A stretch of 62,321 nt of DNA, filler included, from Globobulimina sp. (taxonomy: Eukaryota): NCBI GenBank assembly GCA_003354225.1. It is 27 parts of 27 records of this genome, joined end to end, with 100 filler letters (N's around TTAATTAATTAA, not from the genome) between each part and the next. Parts side by side here need not be neighbours in the genome. Positions count along the whole stretch, not along the records: positions 9,257 to 11,469 come from PIVH01008156.1; positions 11,570 to 13,782 come from PIVH01008157.1; positions 13,883 to 16,095 come from PIVH01008158.1; positions 16,196 to 18,408 come from PIVH01008159.1; positions 18,509 to 20,721 come from PIVH01008160.1; positions 20,822 to 23,034 come from PIVH01008161.1; positions 23,135 to 25,347 come from PIVH01008162.1; 20 more parts are not named here. One strand, 5' to 3'. Of this stretch, positions 11,205-23,543 are shown piece by piece. The translations under genes and the position numbers were made by a program. A model generated the notes under the pieces. It ran no database searches, was not told the DNA's origin, and saw only the letters and a program-made list of their open reading frames with translations. Each line of letters starts with the position of its first letter. Position 1 is the stretch's first letter.

Positions 11205-11569
11205 GCCGCAGGAAATGTGGTAACAATTTTAGTTGAAAATAAGACATTTGCAAAACTTCACTATTACACACAATTCTTTTTTATATTGTAAAGTGCATGG
11301 TTTATTAATTCAAGCCTACGTATGTGTTATTTATGTGATTTGTCTGCCTTGTTTTGAGCAGATACAGTAACAAAATACAGAAATGGACGAACGCGACGTC
11401 GATATGGACGATGGTAAAGAATCGACAACAAAAATGGATCAAACAAACGTTTTAATTGCATTTTAAATCNNNNNNNNNNNNNNNNNNNNNNNNNNNNNNN
11501 NNNNNNNNNNNNNTTAATTAATTAANNNNNNNNNNNNNNNNNNNNNNNNNNNNNNNNNNNNNNNNNNNN

Positions 11570-12097
11570 TAAAACGGTAACATTCTTAAAATTCAAATAA
11601 AACGGTACGAACTTATCCATTTCTTTGGAATATCGCATTAATGTTTTTCTGATGCATGCGATCGATTTCTTGATAGCGCTGTTTTGGTCGAATGAATTAA
11701 TATTAACTTCAACGAATACAAGATCAGTTCCAATTTTCTTTAACATTAAACGTAAATATCCAAATAAAAGCAAAACATTATCTATGCGATCATGCCTCGT
11801 ATAATTGGTATTGTTAAATGGTGCAAATAGAATGTGGGCGTTTTGTTGTGATTCACCGTTTGATGACGAATCTCCGTTTGATGATGAATCAATTGATGGC
11901 TCTGAATTTGTCAAAATATCACTAAATTCCATCATAGCATCAACTGTGCTCTTATTTATATTTATATTAACGGGATGAACACGATGAGAGTGCACTGGGA
12001 TACAGCCACAACATTGAGATAAACCACGAATGAACGCTGATGAATCTACAAAATAAAATCCAACCAAGTAGACGACCCAAACTACGCAGGAAACCAT
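11570..12097 (-). CDS. Hypothetical protein, partial
   Basis: Open frame to the contig edge; contains VLLLFGYLR and a short SSSNG repeat; start uncertain. Confidence 0.35.
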
Positions 12098-12116
12098 GAG
12101 GATTGATCTTACCTTA

Positions 12117-12292
12117 AGATGAAAACCAGCTTAAATAAATCTTTTTGTCCACACAGAATTATTGACAAGTCCGACAGTGAATTGTTGTTATTTTGACAGA
12201 TATAAGCTTTGTTGCTCATATCAACTACAAATTGGTGTTCAGACTTTTTATCATGTGTGGACAAAAAGATTTATTTAAACTGGTTTTCATCT
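12117..12292. repeat. Long imperfect inverted repeat / foldback hairpin (MITE-like or small-RNA precursor)
   Basis: Arms 12117-12155 and 12254-12292 are reverse complements at 38/39 bp; the inner sequence also pairs (gatataagc/gctcatatc around a tttgtt loop). Confidence 0.85.
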
Positions 12293-13390
12293 AAAGTTAG
12301 TGTTGTGATAAAGTAATATTCCAATCAAAAATCAAAATAAAAACAAAATGTAACAGCAGAAGAAGAACACGAGCAAAACCGAACAAAAACGAACATAATA
12401 AATGCAACAGAACTCCAGAACAAGAACGCGAGAAAAACTGAACAGGAAACAGAACCGAACAACAATAACAAAAATTGCATGGAAATATTACTTATAAATC
12501 AACTATTAGTATTTAAAATGTTTTCATACATTAAATTTGATTATTTTGATAGAGCATTATTTTTTTTTATTTGCTGCTTCGACTGCCATCCATATAAAAT
12601 GTGCTGTCTTTTCTGCATTTTTAAATCCCCAAATATGTAATATACTCTCTCTATTCATTGTATAATATAGTCAGTGTTTTAAAAAAGAAAAATGTTGCAA
12701 TGAAGATACTCATGTATGTACTAATTAATATCCACTGATTTTACAAGCTCCATTTCTACAAACCATATGGCAAATGGTTATTGTTTTTGTATATTTTATG
12801 TGCGGATCAATTTGGCAAAAACGAATTAGCACACATCATATACATATGAATAATGATGATCGTTTTTACATACTGTTTAGTGAAAAATATATGCATCAAA
12901 TACAAGTTATACAACATGAATATTTTCATTTCAATATTATTTCCATGCAAGTTACAAAAGAGAAACGTCCATTTGTTACCGGATGAGGACATAAATAAAA
13001 TTACAGATTAGATTTTCAAACCTTAGAGGAACAAAAGGATACTTTAATAGCTTATCAAGTGTATTTAATTCGTCATCATCTTCCATTTGTTCACACAATT
13101 CATCCAATTCATCATTATCTAACTCATGCTTCTTATTCTCTAACGCGGTTTTTACAAAAACAGTAACTGTTGGGCGGGGTGCTTCTTTTTGCTCATTATT
13201 TGGTTTTTCGGCCATTAATGTGCAGATTTCCTTTAATTTCAATTCTCTAATTTCTCTTATACAGTAATTTAAATCTAGGATGAGTAGTTAGTAGGAAATG
13301 AAAAAAGTTGAGGTTTTTCTTTTTAAATCCAGATAAAATGTTGAGTCTAGTACTTTGAAAGACATTGTTTGATTCATAAATCAAAATTGG

Positions 13391-13782
13391 TCATAGACCC
13401 ACAAATAAATTCAAAATAACTAAAACAAATATCACAAAATAAAACACAACTAAATCAAATGATTGATATGAATTTACACATAATGCCAATTGAGATATTT
13501 CTGGTGCAACATTACGTTTTGTTTTGTTTGGTTTCATCACATTATTAAACAATTTAATTTCTTTTTGTAATGAAATATTCGGAAACAGTTTTGTTGTAAA
13601 TGCCATCATATTTGTCACTGGCGATTTTTTATGAATTTTTAAATATTCTTTGATTGCTTCTCTTTCATAGGTATACGCATCAAATGCAATAACTGGATCT
13701 GACATTATTTGTTTGCTGATTGGACATATAAATTTTGTGGGGAATTCGTTAATTTCTGATCTCAACATCATAATATTTTTAA
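13391..13782 (-). CDS. U-box domain protein with hydrophobic C-terminal tail; probably 5' partial
   Basis: PTKFICPISKQIMSDPVIAFDAYTYEREAIKEYLKIHKKSPVT..LFPNISLQKEI; C-terminal TM-like segment. Confidence 0.85.
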
Positions 13783-14111
13783 NNNNNNNNNNNNNNNNNN
13801 NNNNNNNNNNNNNNNNNNNNNNNNNNTTAATTAATTAANNNNNNNNNNNNNNNNNNNNNNNNNNNNNNNNNNNNNNNNNNNNGTTTTGTGACCTATGATT
13901 ATTGCAACCTATGATTGACCATAAATGTATAAACTGCGCCCAGATTATTTTTATTTTGCTGTAAACGCAGGAAATGCGAAACCTAGTTCCATGTCAGAGA
14001 AAAAACTGCGACACTAAATCCTCTAGTTTTTTCCAACTTACTCAAAAGATTCAAACATAACTTTATATCACTTCAAGAAAACTTCAATATCTAAGATCTC
14101 ACGAGTCAGCC

Positions 14112-15642
14112 ATGTCATATAATAGCATGGATGATATATGCACTGATGGTACAGATAAAAATAAAGAATTTTACGCTTCAAATAAGTTTTATAGTTCGGG
14201 GATTGGATTAACATTTGATGATCATCAACGATCTTGGATTGATCCATGGGAAGCACATGCAACTGATAGGTTCATTGGAGGTGCTAATTCAAATCAAAAT
14301 TCATTATCCAATATCGCCACATCCATTGAGCCCACAAAGTATGCTGAAACACAAAATAATTTTGGTGAGAAAAATGTCAATGAACTAACAAAATTAAACG
14401 ACGAAGATGATGATGATGGCACAGTGACCATATCCAACAATTCTATTTATTATAAAGTGAGTAAAAAGTTTGGCAAATGGGACGGTGTGATCACCAGATG
14501 TTTATTAAATATTTTCGGTGTGATAATGTTTCTGAGAGTTGGTTGGATTGTTGGCCAAGCCGGCGTTCTCCAGACACTTTTAATTATATTCATATCTTCA
14601 TTCATAACCGTATTAACAACATTGTCCATGTCAGCCATGTGTACAAATGGCACAGTTTTGGATGGCGGCGCTTATTATATAATATCTCGTACTCTCGGAC
14701 CAGCATTCGGTGGCTCTGTTGGTATATTATTTTCATTGGGCAATATGTTTGCAATTTCAATGTATTTGATTGGTTTTGCAGAAGCTTTAATTGATGATTT
14801 GGATACTTATGGAATATCAATCACAGGCAACTACATTATGGATATACGCATTTGGTCAAATATTATGTTAGTTGTCGTGTTAATATTAGCTTTGATCGGT
14901 TTAAATATTGTCATCAAAGCACAAATTGGTTTATTTATCTTCATTTGCTGTTCAATTATTGCTTTTTTTGTTGGTTCCTTTTACAAAACAGAAGATGGCG
15001 TTTTATTTGGTATCGATGGTTGGACAAATGGCAATTTTAAGGAAAATCTGTCCAGTCATTATGTTGAATATGAGCATGTTCACTATAATATTTGGATGAC
15101 ACTCGCTATTTTTTTCCCTGCTGTTACCGGTTATAATACATACATTTTGTTTATAATAATTAATCATTAATATATGTTATATATATTTAGGTATTATGGC
15201 AGGAGCAAATATTTCTGGCGATTTAAAGAATGCGAGCACTGCCATACCCTCAGGAACATTGACCTCCATTGTCATTTCAACCGTGGTCTACATGTTTACG
15301 GCAGCAATAGTCGGTGCAGTGGCCTCTCGCGATGAATTAATCCACAATACATTGGTGATGAGTAAAATATGCATGTGGCCATACCTAATATTCCTTGGCA
15401 TATATGCTGCGACATTATCATCAGCCATTGCTTCGTTGGTTGGCGCACCTCGCATATTGATGGCTATTGCCAATGATAATATTATTGCCATCCCAGGAAT
15501 CTCTTACTTCGCCAAAACAGACAAACACGGCGAACCACGCAGAGGTTATTTCTTATCGTTTTTTGTTGCGTTTTTAATAAACTGTAGTCAAGAAAAGCAA
15601 GGGAATGATCAAAAAAACAATAGCAATCAAGCAAATGTTTAA
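14112..15642 (+). CDS. SLC12A: SLC12 cation-chloride cotransporter, truncated after about TM9; exons 14112-15129 and 15191-15642
   Basis: KFGKWDGVITRCLLNIFGVIMFLRVGWIVGQAG, TNGTVLDGGAYYIISRTLGPAFGGSVG, IFFPAVTG|IMAGANISGDLK, SSAIASLVGAPRIL; intron 15130-15190. Confidence 0.92.
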
Positions 15643-15686
15643 CATTTATGTGTTTTGTCGGTTCGTGTTATTTAACTAATAGTAAA

Positions 15687-16095
15687 TCATTTTAATAATA
15701 AAAAGATTTCGCTCATTTCATTCAATTTCTGCTTTAACTCTTGTAAAATATATTTATGCATCAATGCATGTTTCCAAATATTTTGATGTTGCTCAATTTC
15801 TGAAATAAATTGTTTTAAATTATTTATTTGATCATTATAATTCTTTTTTAATGCAACAATTTCATTTCGGAGTTGTTTTTTATCTGCTTTTAATTTGCTT
15901 ATTTTTTGTTTCGTCAATTTAATGCGCTTCACATTTTCTTGCAATCTCGGTTGAAAGACAACAATTTGACCATATAACATATTTATTTCCTTATCATCAT
16001 CATTTTGCTCAACAATTTCATTTCTATGTTTATAATTATCCCATTTCAATTTTTGTTTAACATCTATAATTTCCTTCAATTTTGCCAATAATTCC
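15687..16095 (-). CDS. Coiled-coil protein, 3' fragment
   Basis: Open frame from the contig edge with heptad-rich K/E/Q/L sequence. Confidence 0.45.
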
Positions 16096-16843
16096 NNNNN
16101 NNNNNNNNNNNNNNNNNNNNNNNNNNNNNNNNNNNNNNNTTAATTAATTAANNNNNNNNNNNNNNNNNNNNNNNNNNNNNNNNNNNNNNNNNNNNTGCTA
16201 ATGGTGGATTAGCATTTAACAGTCACTGATCCGGCGGCAAAACACAAACGGAATTGGAAAGGATTAAATTTGTTAGGAATTCCAAAGAAAAAGAAGGGCC
16301 CGAAGAAGTTAAGAAAATGCAACTTATTATTTTCCGTGGCGTTTGGGTAAAACGTGGAGAAACTGTAAAATTTACGGCAGCGACAACACGCATTGAAAGC
16401 AGCACCGACAGACCCATTTAATTTATTTATTTTGTGATTATGCTATTTGATTTGTATTATTTTTTTCTTTATTATTATTTTTTTTATACACCTATTATTT
16501 ATTATACACTTTTTATTTTATTGTTAGCGTATTCATTATTTTTGCATATTAAAATACTCATAGTTTTTTGAATTAAAATACAATGAAAAGTTGTGAATAA
16601 TGCGACATATCGTTATCAAGGGTTTATTCATTTAAAATAACAAATGAATGTATATTATAATTTATAAAATTACAATACAAATGTATAAATTCCTCCATTC
16701 AAGGAAATATAGTCATCATTGCAATAAATAATAAAAAAAAACAATTCTTTTTTTAATGTCATTTAAGAATCAAAAGAACACACACAAAAACATAAAGTCA
16801 TTTTGTTACAACACTAATAATAAAAAAAACCGCCGAATCAAAT

Positions 16844-18408
16844 CTAAAATTGAAATGGCTGATTATTATTATTGTTCCCTTTGGATTGCCTCATATTATT
16901 ATTATTATCATTGTGATCAATGCCAAATTGAAATTGTCCATTATTACTATCCTGATTTGGTTGTCTAATATCATCATCTTCCTCCTCCTCCACATCCTGC
17001 TCCTGTTGCAATTGCGCAGTGTTGCTATTTTCTTGTGTAACATCAATGCCATGTTGTATATGCGGTGTCCATTGCGGTCCGTTATCCTGCGGCCAATACT
17101 TATTCACCAATTCGTACGAAGTTGTATATACATTATCATTATCATCGACGCCCGCTTGTAATATGTCAAATATCTCACAACAGCCCGACTCCTCCACTTT
17201 GTTCACATAATCGTACTCTCCGCCATCCCTCGTCTTGCTGTGCGACATAATAATATCAAAGGCTTCCATGCAAGTAATAAGTGGCTTTTTGACACTCGAC
17301 GTCTTCATCACCGCTCTCAGCGCACCGATCACGCGCCTTTCTACCATGAAATGTATAACCTTTGGGTCGCTCAGCGAGATGATATTGGCCAACACCCAGC
17401 CCGCTTCCTTCTTAACTTGGTCATCATCAAATAGACAGACATTGGTTAAGCTTTTCAGTAACTGCCCATTGTCATAGTCAATAATTTTCGTCGCAATGTC
17501 GAAGTCACAGCCTGCGATGTTGGATAATGCCCAACAGACTTCCTTCCGTATCAGACGTACTTTGCAATTCAAATTCAACATTGCTGCGGCTAAAAAACCC
17601 TTTTTTATTATCATTTCCGTCACAAAGTCATTATCCACGGATAAAAATGTGCCAATTATGCGTAAACTCGGCGATAATAAGATGACACTGTCCATTTGCA
17701 TAAATAATATGATCACATCAATCAAATTGCTGTTATTGAATACATCAGAAACATAGGAACTGCTCTTTCCACATAGCTCAAAGTAAACTTGTGAATATTG
17801 AATGGTCCATAAACAATCCGAGCAACATTGCAAACATTGGTTATATTCGGGATCTGTCAGCTGAATCAAACCGCCATTGATTCCTATTTTTAACTTCTTT
17901 ATTTTGCCACCAATCTCATTCAATAAACGATCAAAAATTGGTATCATATTTTTCATTTGCTTCCAGGGACACAAATCAAACGGGAGAGCATCCGCATTAT
18001 TCTCGTGCTTTTTTTTCCATTCTTTACCGAGACCAATACCGTCATAACGCACTAAGTTGGACAAACACCACACGGCGTTACGGCATAAAGTATAATTTTT
18101 ACTCTTTAAAAATTGCGTAGCTCTCTCCAATAAGAATTGAAATATGCCATCGCGGATTATTGTGTTGCGTAAATGTTGCGACTCGCCGGCGATATTACCC
18201 AATCCCCACACGGCCTGCTCCATAATCTCAAAATGTTTGGTAGTGGTTAACAAGTGTTCAAAGGCTGGGATTGCGTTCTTTGAACATAGATATTCGCAGA
18301 TTTGTTTGGTAGAGGAGCATAAGTTGGTGATGGCCCACGCCGCCTCAAATTGTAATTTTTCATTGTTTTTGTAGTGCTTATTGACGCGAAAAAAGGATAA
18401 TAATATAG
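16844..18408 (-). CDS. KPNA: Importin-alpha (karyopherin alpha), divergent; 5' partial
   Basis: ARM WxxxN repeats LQFEAAWAITNL, EQAVWGLGNIAGE, RNAVWCLSNL, RKEVCWALSNIAG, KKEAGWVLANI; C-terminal FQF motifs. Confidence 0.92.
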
Positions 18409-18508
18409 NNNNNNNNNNNNNNNNNNNNNNNNNNNNNNNNNNNNNNNNNNNNTTAATTAATTAANNNNNNNNNNNNNNNNNNNNNNNNNNNNNNNNNNNN
18501 NNNNNNNN

Positions 18509-20721
18509 TAAAGAAGATGACTCTCCACCACCGCCGCCACCATCAACGCCTCCATCGTCGATCACTGATGCTCAGCCAAAGAAGAATCGAAAAAAACGCA
18601 AACGTCGCAAGAAACGCGGCCCAAAGCACAGACATTCGGATATTAGAAAGAAAAAGTCAAAGCAGGAAATATTAGTAAATAAACATAATATCTCTGCCAC
18701 AATCAACCAACGCTATGCATTGGTTGCCTATTTATTTGAATTTCAAAGTGTGTCTAATAATGGAAGCAACGAATTAGAATTCGAAATGACTGTTGATGCG
18801 GATGCATTTATTTCGAATTTTACTGCAAATATCGATGGCGAGCTATTTTATGGCAAAACGAAACCGAAACAAACAGCAAACAAAGAATATAATGCTGCAA
18901 AGGACAACGATGAAAATGCAATATTAATATCTCAGCCTTATGATAACATACCAAATGTATTTAAAATATCAACAAATATTGATTCAAAGTCGAAAATTAC
19001 GCTAACAATCACCATCGAACATTTTCTGCAGAAAAAATTCAATTTTAATGAGTTAACCATCCAAATATTAAAAGACTTTTCGCATTTTAATATCACCGCT
19101 GATTACGAATATATTACCTTTGATATTAACATTACGGACAAATCTGGCATTTATAATATTAACATTCCATCAAATGACAACATTAAAATTGATAACCGCA
19201 TCCTGGATAAATTGAGTCAAAAGTACACAACGTCAGGGAAAATATTCTCTGATTCGCGCTCAATGAATGAGTTGGTAATAAACTATAAAATTAAAGGGGA
19301 ACAAAATGATTCTACAATATTATACGACAAAAAATCGAAAACATTCGTTCATGTCATATCTGACATTATCACTGATTCAATGATTAATATTAACAGTGTC
19401 GCAGAAGGAAATAATGACGAAATTAAACAAAATATACTGATTCCACGGCGTGTCATGTTTGTCATTGACGCTTCGCGGAGTATGCGGGGGTCCAAATGGA
19501 GGAAAACAATTTCATCCACAATCACTGCATTGAGGCAATTAAGGGCTGGTTATGACCGCTATGGCGTTCTGATGTTCTCTGCAAAGACAAAGTTATTAAC
19601 AAACGGAGTGATGTTAGTGTATAGAAAGAATGTCAATGAATTGATACAACATTTGGCAAACGAACAACTTTCCAGTGGCACAAATATAAATTCTGCATTG
19701 GAGCAAGCCATTGATATGATAAAAAGCGATATATTTAAAAATAGGAACAATAACAACTTTTATATGAATCAAATTTTACTGATTACGGATGGTGCTCCGA
19801 GTAAAGGCATAATGGATACGCATGAGATCCTGTTAAATGTGAGGAAAAAGAATAAATTGCCTTCGTTTAATATCGTTGGTGATAAAATATCCATTTTTTC
19901 ATTTGGAATTGGCGTGGATAGCAATGGAAGTTCGTGGGTTAAGGACTTAAACCATTCCTTTCTCAAAATATTGTCTGTAAATAACAATGGCATTTATAAA
20001 AGAATAAAAAAGTGCAATACTGATACAGCGCTGGGCGAATATTATGATATTTTGTCAAAACCACTGTTGTCGAATATTGAAATCGAATATAATGTTATAA
20101 ATAATATGAACACAAAGATTAAAAACCTCACAGCCACAAAATTTGATGCGTTATATTGCGGGACGGATATCATTATTTGCGGTCAAATCGAGGGTGTGAT
20201 TGACAATAACTTTGTAAATATAGCTGCCACCATTTCCGCTGTCACAGCAAAAGAAAGCAAACAAAATCAAAATGGTAAGTTAATAACCATCACAAAACCA
20301 ATCAATATCAACAAAACAGTCAAATTCACTCTGTATGATGGCGCACCAAATCACCAAAGCAATTTGGAACGGATTTGGGCATACTTAAAATTGCAACAAT
20401 TAGCAACACAAAAATTAATGCATATCAACGAGGATGAACAGAAAAATAACCATATGCCTGATGATGGAGTATCGGCCACCGACTTAGCAATGAAATATAA
20501 ATTTGTAACGCCATGGACCTCACTCATTGTAATCAAACATAAACCACATCGACAACAGCAAACAGCGCCAAATTCATCATGGCATTCCAGCAAAAAGTAC
20601 GCTCAAAATCAACAACTGAAACCAGCACAGGGATTCAATGGAAATCTTAAAATTCATAAATCCGTTTCCCCACCACCTCCACCGTCCAGCTCGCCACCGC
20701 CACCCAACAGAAAGTCTAAAA
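18509..20721 (+). CDS. VIT + von Willebrand factor A domain protein (ITIH/VWA5-like); partial at both ends
   Basis: VIT-like AFISNFTANIDG..FKISTNI; MIDAS motif VMFVIDASRSM; GTNINSAL; LLITDG; ERIWAYL..FVTPWTSLIV; flanked by Pro-rich and basic segments. Confidence 0.88.
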
Positions 20722-20821
20722 NNNNNNNNNNNNNNNNNNNNNNNNNNNNNNNNNNNNNNNNNNNNTTAATTAATTAANNNNNNNNNNNNNNNNNNNNNNN
20801 NNNNNNNNNNNNNNNNNNNNN

Positions 20822-21129
20822 CATCGCATGTTAATTGTAATGTGGCATTGGATTATCAAATGGGTCAGCAACAAATTAATGAGAAAATCAGTGTGGTGAA
20901 TGATAATAACAATGGCAGTGAGGCTAAGAAGAAAGGAGGATGGACGTGGAAAAATTTAATGGCACAAAAAGCGAAGCAAAGTAATGAGGATGAATGTGAT
21001 GATGATCATGAAGAGAATAATAATACCAGTACGTGGGCGTGGCGAGGTAGCAATAATCAAAAATATCGATCGACACAAAGAAATGATAAATTTTCAAGTT
21101 TAACGTATGGAATGAAAAAAAAATATTAA
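20822..21129 (+). CDS. 3' fragment of hypothetical protein
   Basis: Open frame with hydrophilic tail ending KKKY*, followed by AT-rich UTR-like sequence. Confidence 0.4.
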
Positions 21130-21713
21130 TTTTAATATTAATCGTCTTTATTAATAAATTTATGTAATTTTTCAATGTGATAGGTGTTGTGTGTTTCTGT
21201 CCCATTGAAATGTTAAATTTTATTTGTTTTGTATGATCATGTCTTGAGTTAAGGGAATGTTCTAGTATTAAGTAATTGGAATGGATACCTAAGGACCTAT
21301 GTGTCATTAATAACAATTTATTACAATTAACGACACCTTGCTCTAATCTAAATCCTAAATATATAAATGTTAATTCATTTATTCGCCCATTAATTGTGCG
21401 ATATATTTGCTATGATATTGTTTCGAGATTGCCAGAAAACCAAGGCAGAGCATGAAGAATTGAAGATAAATTGTACACAAACACACAAAAATACAACACA
21501 AATTTACAAAAAAAGTCCGTGGACATATCAAAATACCAGACGGATAAGCATTGCATACAACCAATATATTGCATGAACAAAGGGCATTCTGTTATATTCT
21601 TGAACTGCACACAAAGCACAAAGCACACGGGATGTACACACACAACGTACCAGACTACCAGTTAAGAAATAAAAATAAAAAAAACTGATGTTTTAAGCGT
21701 TAACACTTTCTAT

Positions 21714-22905
21714 TTAAGCGTTAACTGATGTTTTAACCGTTAACCACGAATGCTGTCTAATTTGATTTAAACAAATCCGTTTATCTTCATATTGAAAAAA
21801 TGATTGAAACAAATCAATTAAATCTTCATTTGCATATTCAACTTTATTCCATGCAGTTAATACATCCAAAATGCGTCCATTCATCAATAATACAAATGTC
21901 TGATCTGAATGTCTTGCTTTCTCAAATGGCTTACAACCAAATACCATCATCCATAAACCTGTAAAACATTATACTGTGTTATTGGTGACAGAGACACATA
22001 ATTTGTATAAAATAACTCACATATTCCTAATGACCATACATCATTCGCTTTTGCATCAAATCTCTTTTTTTTAGATACTATCTCTGGTGATTTATAGGGT
22101 GTTTTACCACAATATTTATTACTTTGAAAATTATTTGCCTCAAATTTTGAGGCGAGCCCAAAATCGATTACTTTTACTTGAATATCATTGCATACAAAGC
22201 GGATTTTGGATTGTTCATTTTGAACGTTTTCAAAACAATGTATCCGAACATCGTTAATAAGAAAGTTTTCTAATGATAAGTCATTATGGCATACGTTTTG
22301 AGAATGAATAAATTGCATACATTCAACGAGTTGTTTAAAAACAACATGAACCACCTTATGCCATTCACAAATATCAAGAATTCCCATTGATATTAAACGA
22401 TGTGCTTTCACTACAAAATCAAATAAATCATCACCACCGTCCTCCATAATTAAATAATAATTTCTTTTGCTATGTGTAGACAGTGCAGGTATCGGAGTTA
22501 ATGCACATATAAAAACAACTCACAAAACAAAAAATAACATAGAAACATATACCATTCAAAAAAATCATGAAATTTAATGATTGATTGCGGCACTTTTTGG
22601 TTCTGCATTAAATGTTTCATAATAGCAGCTTCTAATAATATATTCTCATCAATATTATAATATTTTTCGTTATTTGTGATGGCCATTCCATTCTGATGTA
22701 AATATTTATTTGTCACTTTAATTACAATTTTGTTATTAGTAAATTTATTTAATGCTTTGTATACAGTTCCTTGTGTATATAAAACGTAATTGCCGGCAAA
22801 CATGCGAACAAATGTAGAGATTAGGATACCTTGTAAACTGTCTGCTGTTTTTACGAGATTGGTAAATCCAACTTGATTTAATGCTGTTTCCATAGAAATT
22901 GACAT
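21714..22905 (-). CDS. Ser/Thr protein kinase; exons 22905-22830, 22769-22553, 22469-22021, 21958-21714
   Basis: SLQGTVYKA (degenerate Gly loop), IVIK, CHNDLSLENFL, DFGLA, CGKTPYKSPE, DVWSLG; GT-AG introns 22770-22829, 22470-22552, 21959-22020. Confidence 0.92.
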
Positions 22906-23543
22906 TATGCAACTAGTTATTTTAGTTTTGTAGTGTTGGTTTCTAGCGTCTCAAAAATCGTGCTGTAAATTGTAATGGCAACAATGCAACTCTTCATACA
23001 TGTATTGGCAATATACTGTCTAACTTTATTAATANNNNNNNNNNNNNNNNNNNNNNNNNNNNNNNNNNNNNNNNNNNNTTAATTAATTAANNNNNNNNNN
23101 NNNNNNNNNNNNNNNNNNNNNNNNNNNNNNNNNNTTTTTATTGAATTTTGCAACTTTAACAATTGGACCTTGTTTTATAGTAAAAAACTTTGATTCCAAC
23201 TCATCAAAACACTAAGTGCTTTTCGAAGTTTTAAGTATTAGCACTTAGAAAAAAGTTAGTTAGCACTAGTCAATTTTAACAATGTGTTCTGAGTTAGTAA
23301 AGTAAATCAATGTATTGCACTATTCTTATCTTTTACTCTTGTCTTTGATATACGACTATTTATTAGTGTCCTCCTCAAAATATTACAGGAAAAAATTGTA
23401 AATGTTGGATGGTCACAAATCAACACAAAGGTTTTATGGGACCTATAATGATGGCTGGCTGCATAATGATGGATATTATCAAAATCTACATAAATAACCC
23501 CAAATCTACATAAATAAACTAAAAACATATATCAATATCAATA

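Noticed and set aside
12976..13242. Short acidic ORF MAEKPNNEQ..LDKLLK
   Set aside because: Possibly a first exon, but I could not find a consistent downstream exon or a family
16196..16420. Plus-strand frame with an in-frame TGA (NSH*SGGKT), possible selenocysteine or Trp recoding
   Set aside because: No recognisable family or SECIS; a nearby acceptor-like TTAACAG and a competing open frame make it uninterpretable
21684..21745. Short repeats aactgatgttttaa(g/c)cgttaac at the kinase 3' end
   Set aside because: A local micro-duplication with no sign of function
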